Positions 63,433 through 64,000 of a DNA stretch of 64,000 bases are shown here, piece by piece. The translations under genes and the position numbers were made by a program. The DNA comes from a virus (Duplodnaviria; Heunggongvirae; Uroviricota; Caudoviricetes). The notes beneath the pieces were generated by a model. The model did not search any database and was not told the origin of the DNA. It saw only the letters and a list, made by a program, of their open reading frames with translations. The stretch is from the IMG/VR virus record IMGVR_UViG_3300019487_000021; one strand, given 5' to 3'. Position 1 is the first letter of the stretch; each line of letters opens with the position of its first letter.

Positions 63433-63891
63433 AGGATACCTGCTCAGTGAGCGTGCTATATAATCAACAGTTCTAGGAGAATAGCATGCTTACAGAAGTA
63501 GCACCAACCCGTTATGTCGTCAAGGTAAACGGAATGGTTGTTTGCGCCCCGCAGGCAACCCGTCCGCTAGCAGAAGCAATCATTCTTACGCTTCCTGAAT
63601 CACAACGTGCACTTGCCGTTGTTGTGCCTGTAACGTCTGACAACAGAGAACTTTTGCTCGGATAAGTTAGCTCCTCCGTAAATAGCATCACTTTTTACGG
63701 AGGGAGCATGACTTCTGTCGAAGATTGCATCGATTGTCTTGACACCATAATTGCGATTATTAGATGCTCTTCAAAACCTTTGCGATCTGCTTTCGTTGAA
63801 ATATGCGCGATTTCCGGTGGTTACACAAACAGGCGAACCCGCTTGTTACATTACGCGCGTGCCTCTATTGAGCATTGCATAAGGAAAGTTT

Positions 63892-64000
63892 ATGCCACTA
63901 TATGTGTACAAGTGCCACCAATGTCAGTACAACATGGAAACACTGCAAAAGCTCTCGGAGCAGGTTGCACCGATGTGCCCTGACTGTAAAATCGTGATGG
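63892..64000 (+). CDS. FmdB-family zinc-ribbon protein (runs off window)
   Basis: MPLYVYKCHQC...MCPDC; AAGGA SD; not in the ORF track. Confidence 0.7.
   Translation, partial: MPLYVYKCHQCQYNMETLQKLSEQVAPMCPDCKIVM

Noticed and set aside
63708-63983. 91-aa track ORF
   Set aside because: Its 3' part overlaps a clear FmdB-type zinc-ribbon ORF in another frame (63892 onward); no motif support.
1-64000. Genome-wide TAG reassignment (code 15), suggested by the CUA tRNA
   Set aside because: Long genes are intact in code 11 and several end at TAG at the expected C-terminus (prs 16172, 27064, 40169, 61224, 63145).

Overview
A 64-kb segment of a jumbo tailed-phage genome, read in the standard genetic code, with many T4-type late promoters (TATAAATA). 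It contains no rRNA, CRISPR array or virion structural genes that I can recognise. The first 17 kb (minus strand) holds replication, nucleotide and proteostasis genes: primase, ClpP, a circularly permuted two-piece tmRNA, an Acb1-like 2H phosphoesterase, DHFR, NAD-dependent ligase, ThyA with an in-frame HNH insert, a frame-split Thg1-like gene, PhoH with a class-3-type intein, MazG, a Pth2-like gene and Prs. The rest (mostly plus strand) holds an endolysin, NAD salvage genes (NadM-Nudix, NAMPT, NAD kinase, NADAR), bS21, ClpS, a MoxR-type AAA/vWA pair, a PurA-like gene, a minimal RNase P RNA and about 35 tRNA genes (most of them in a 28-53 kb array), interleaved with tRNA fragments and small ORFs. 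Four signals stand out. (1) An amber-gated operon: a leader with two in-frame UAG codons, an RDPP motif and an SD-sequestering hairpin, coupled to a Pth2-like gene with UAG at codon 3, plus a phage-encoded CUA-anticodon tRNA. (2) A leader-peptide terminator/antiterminator at the head of the tRNA array. (3) Endonuclease cassettes that split tRNA genes while supplying a replacement of the same isoacceptor. (4) A splice-signal-free HNH domain inside ThyA. All calls come from motif recognition by eye; no searches were run.
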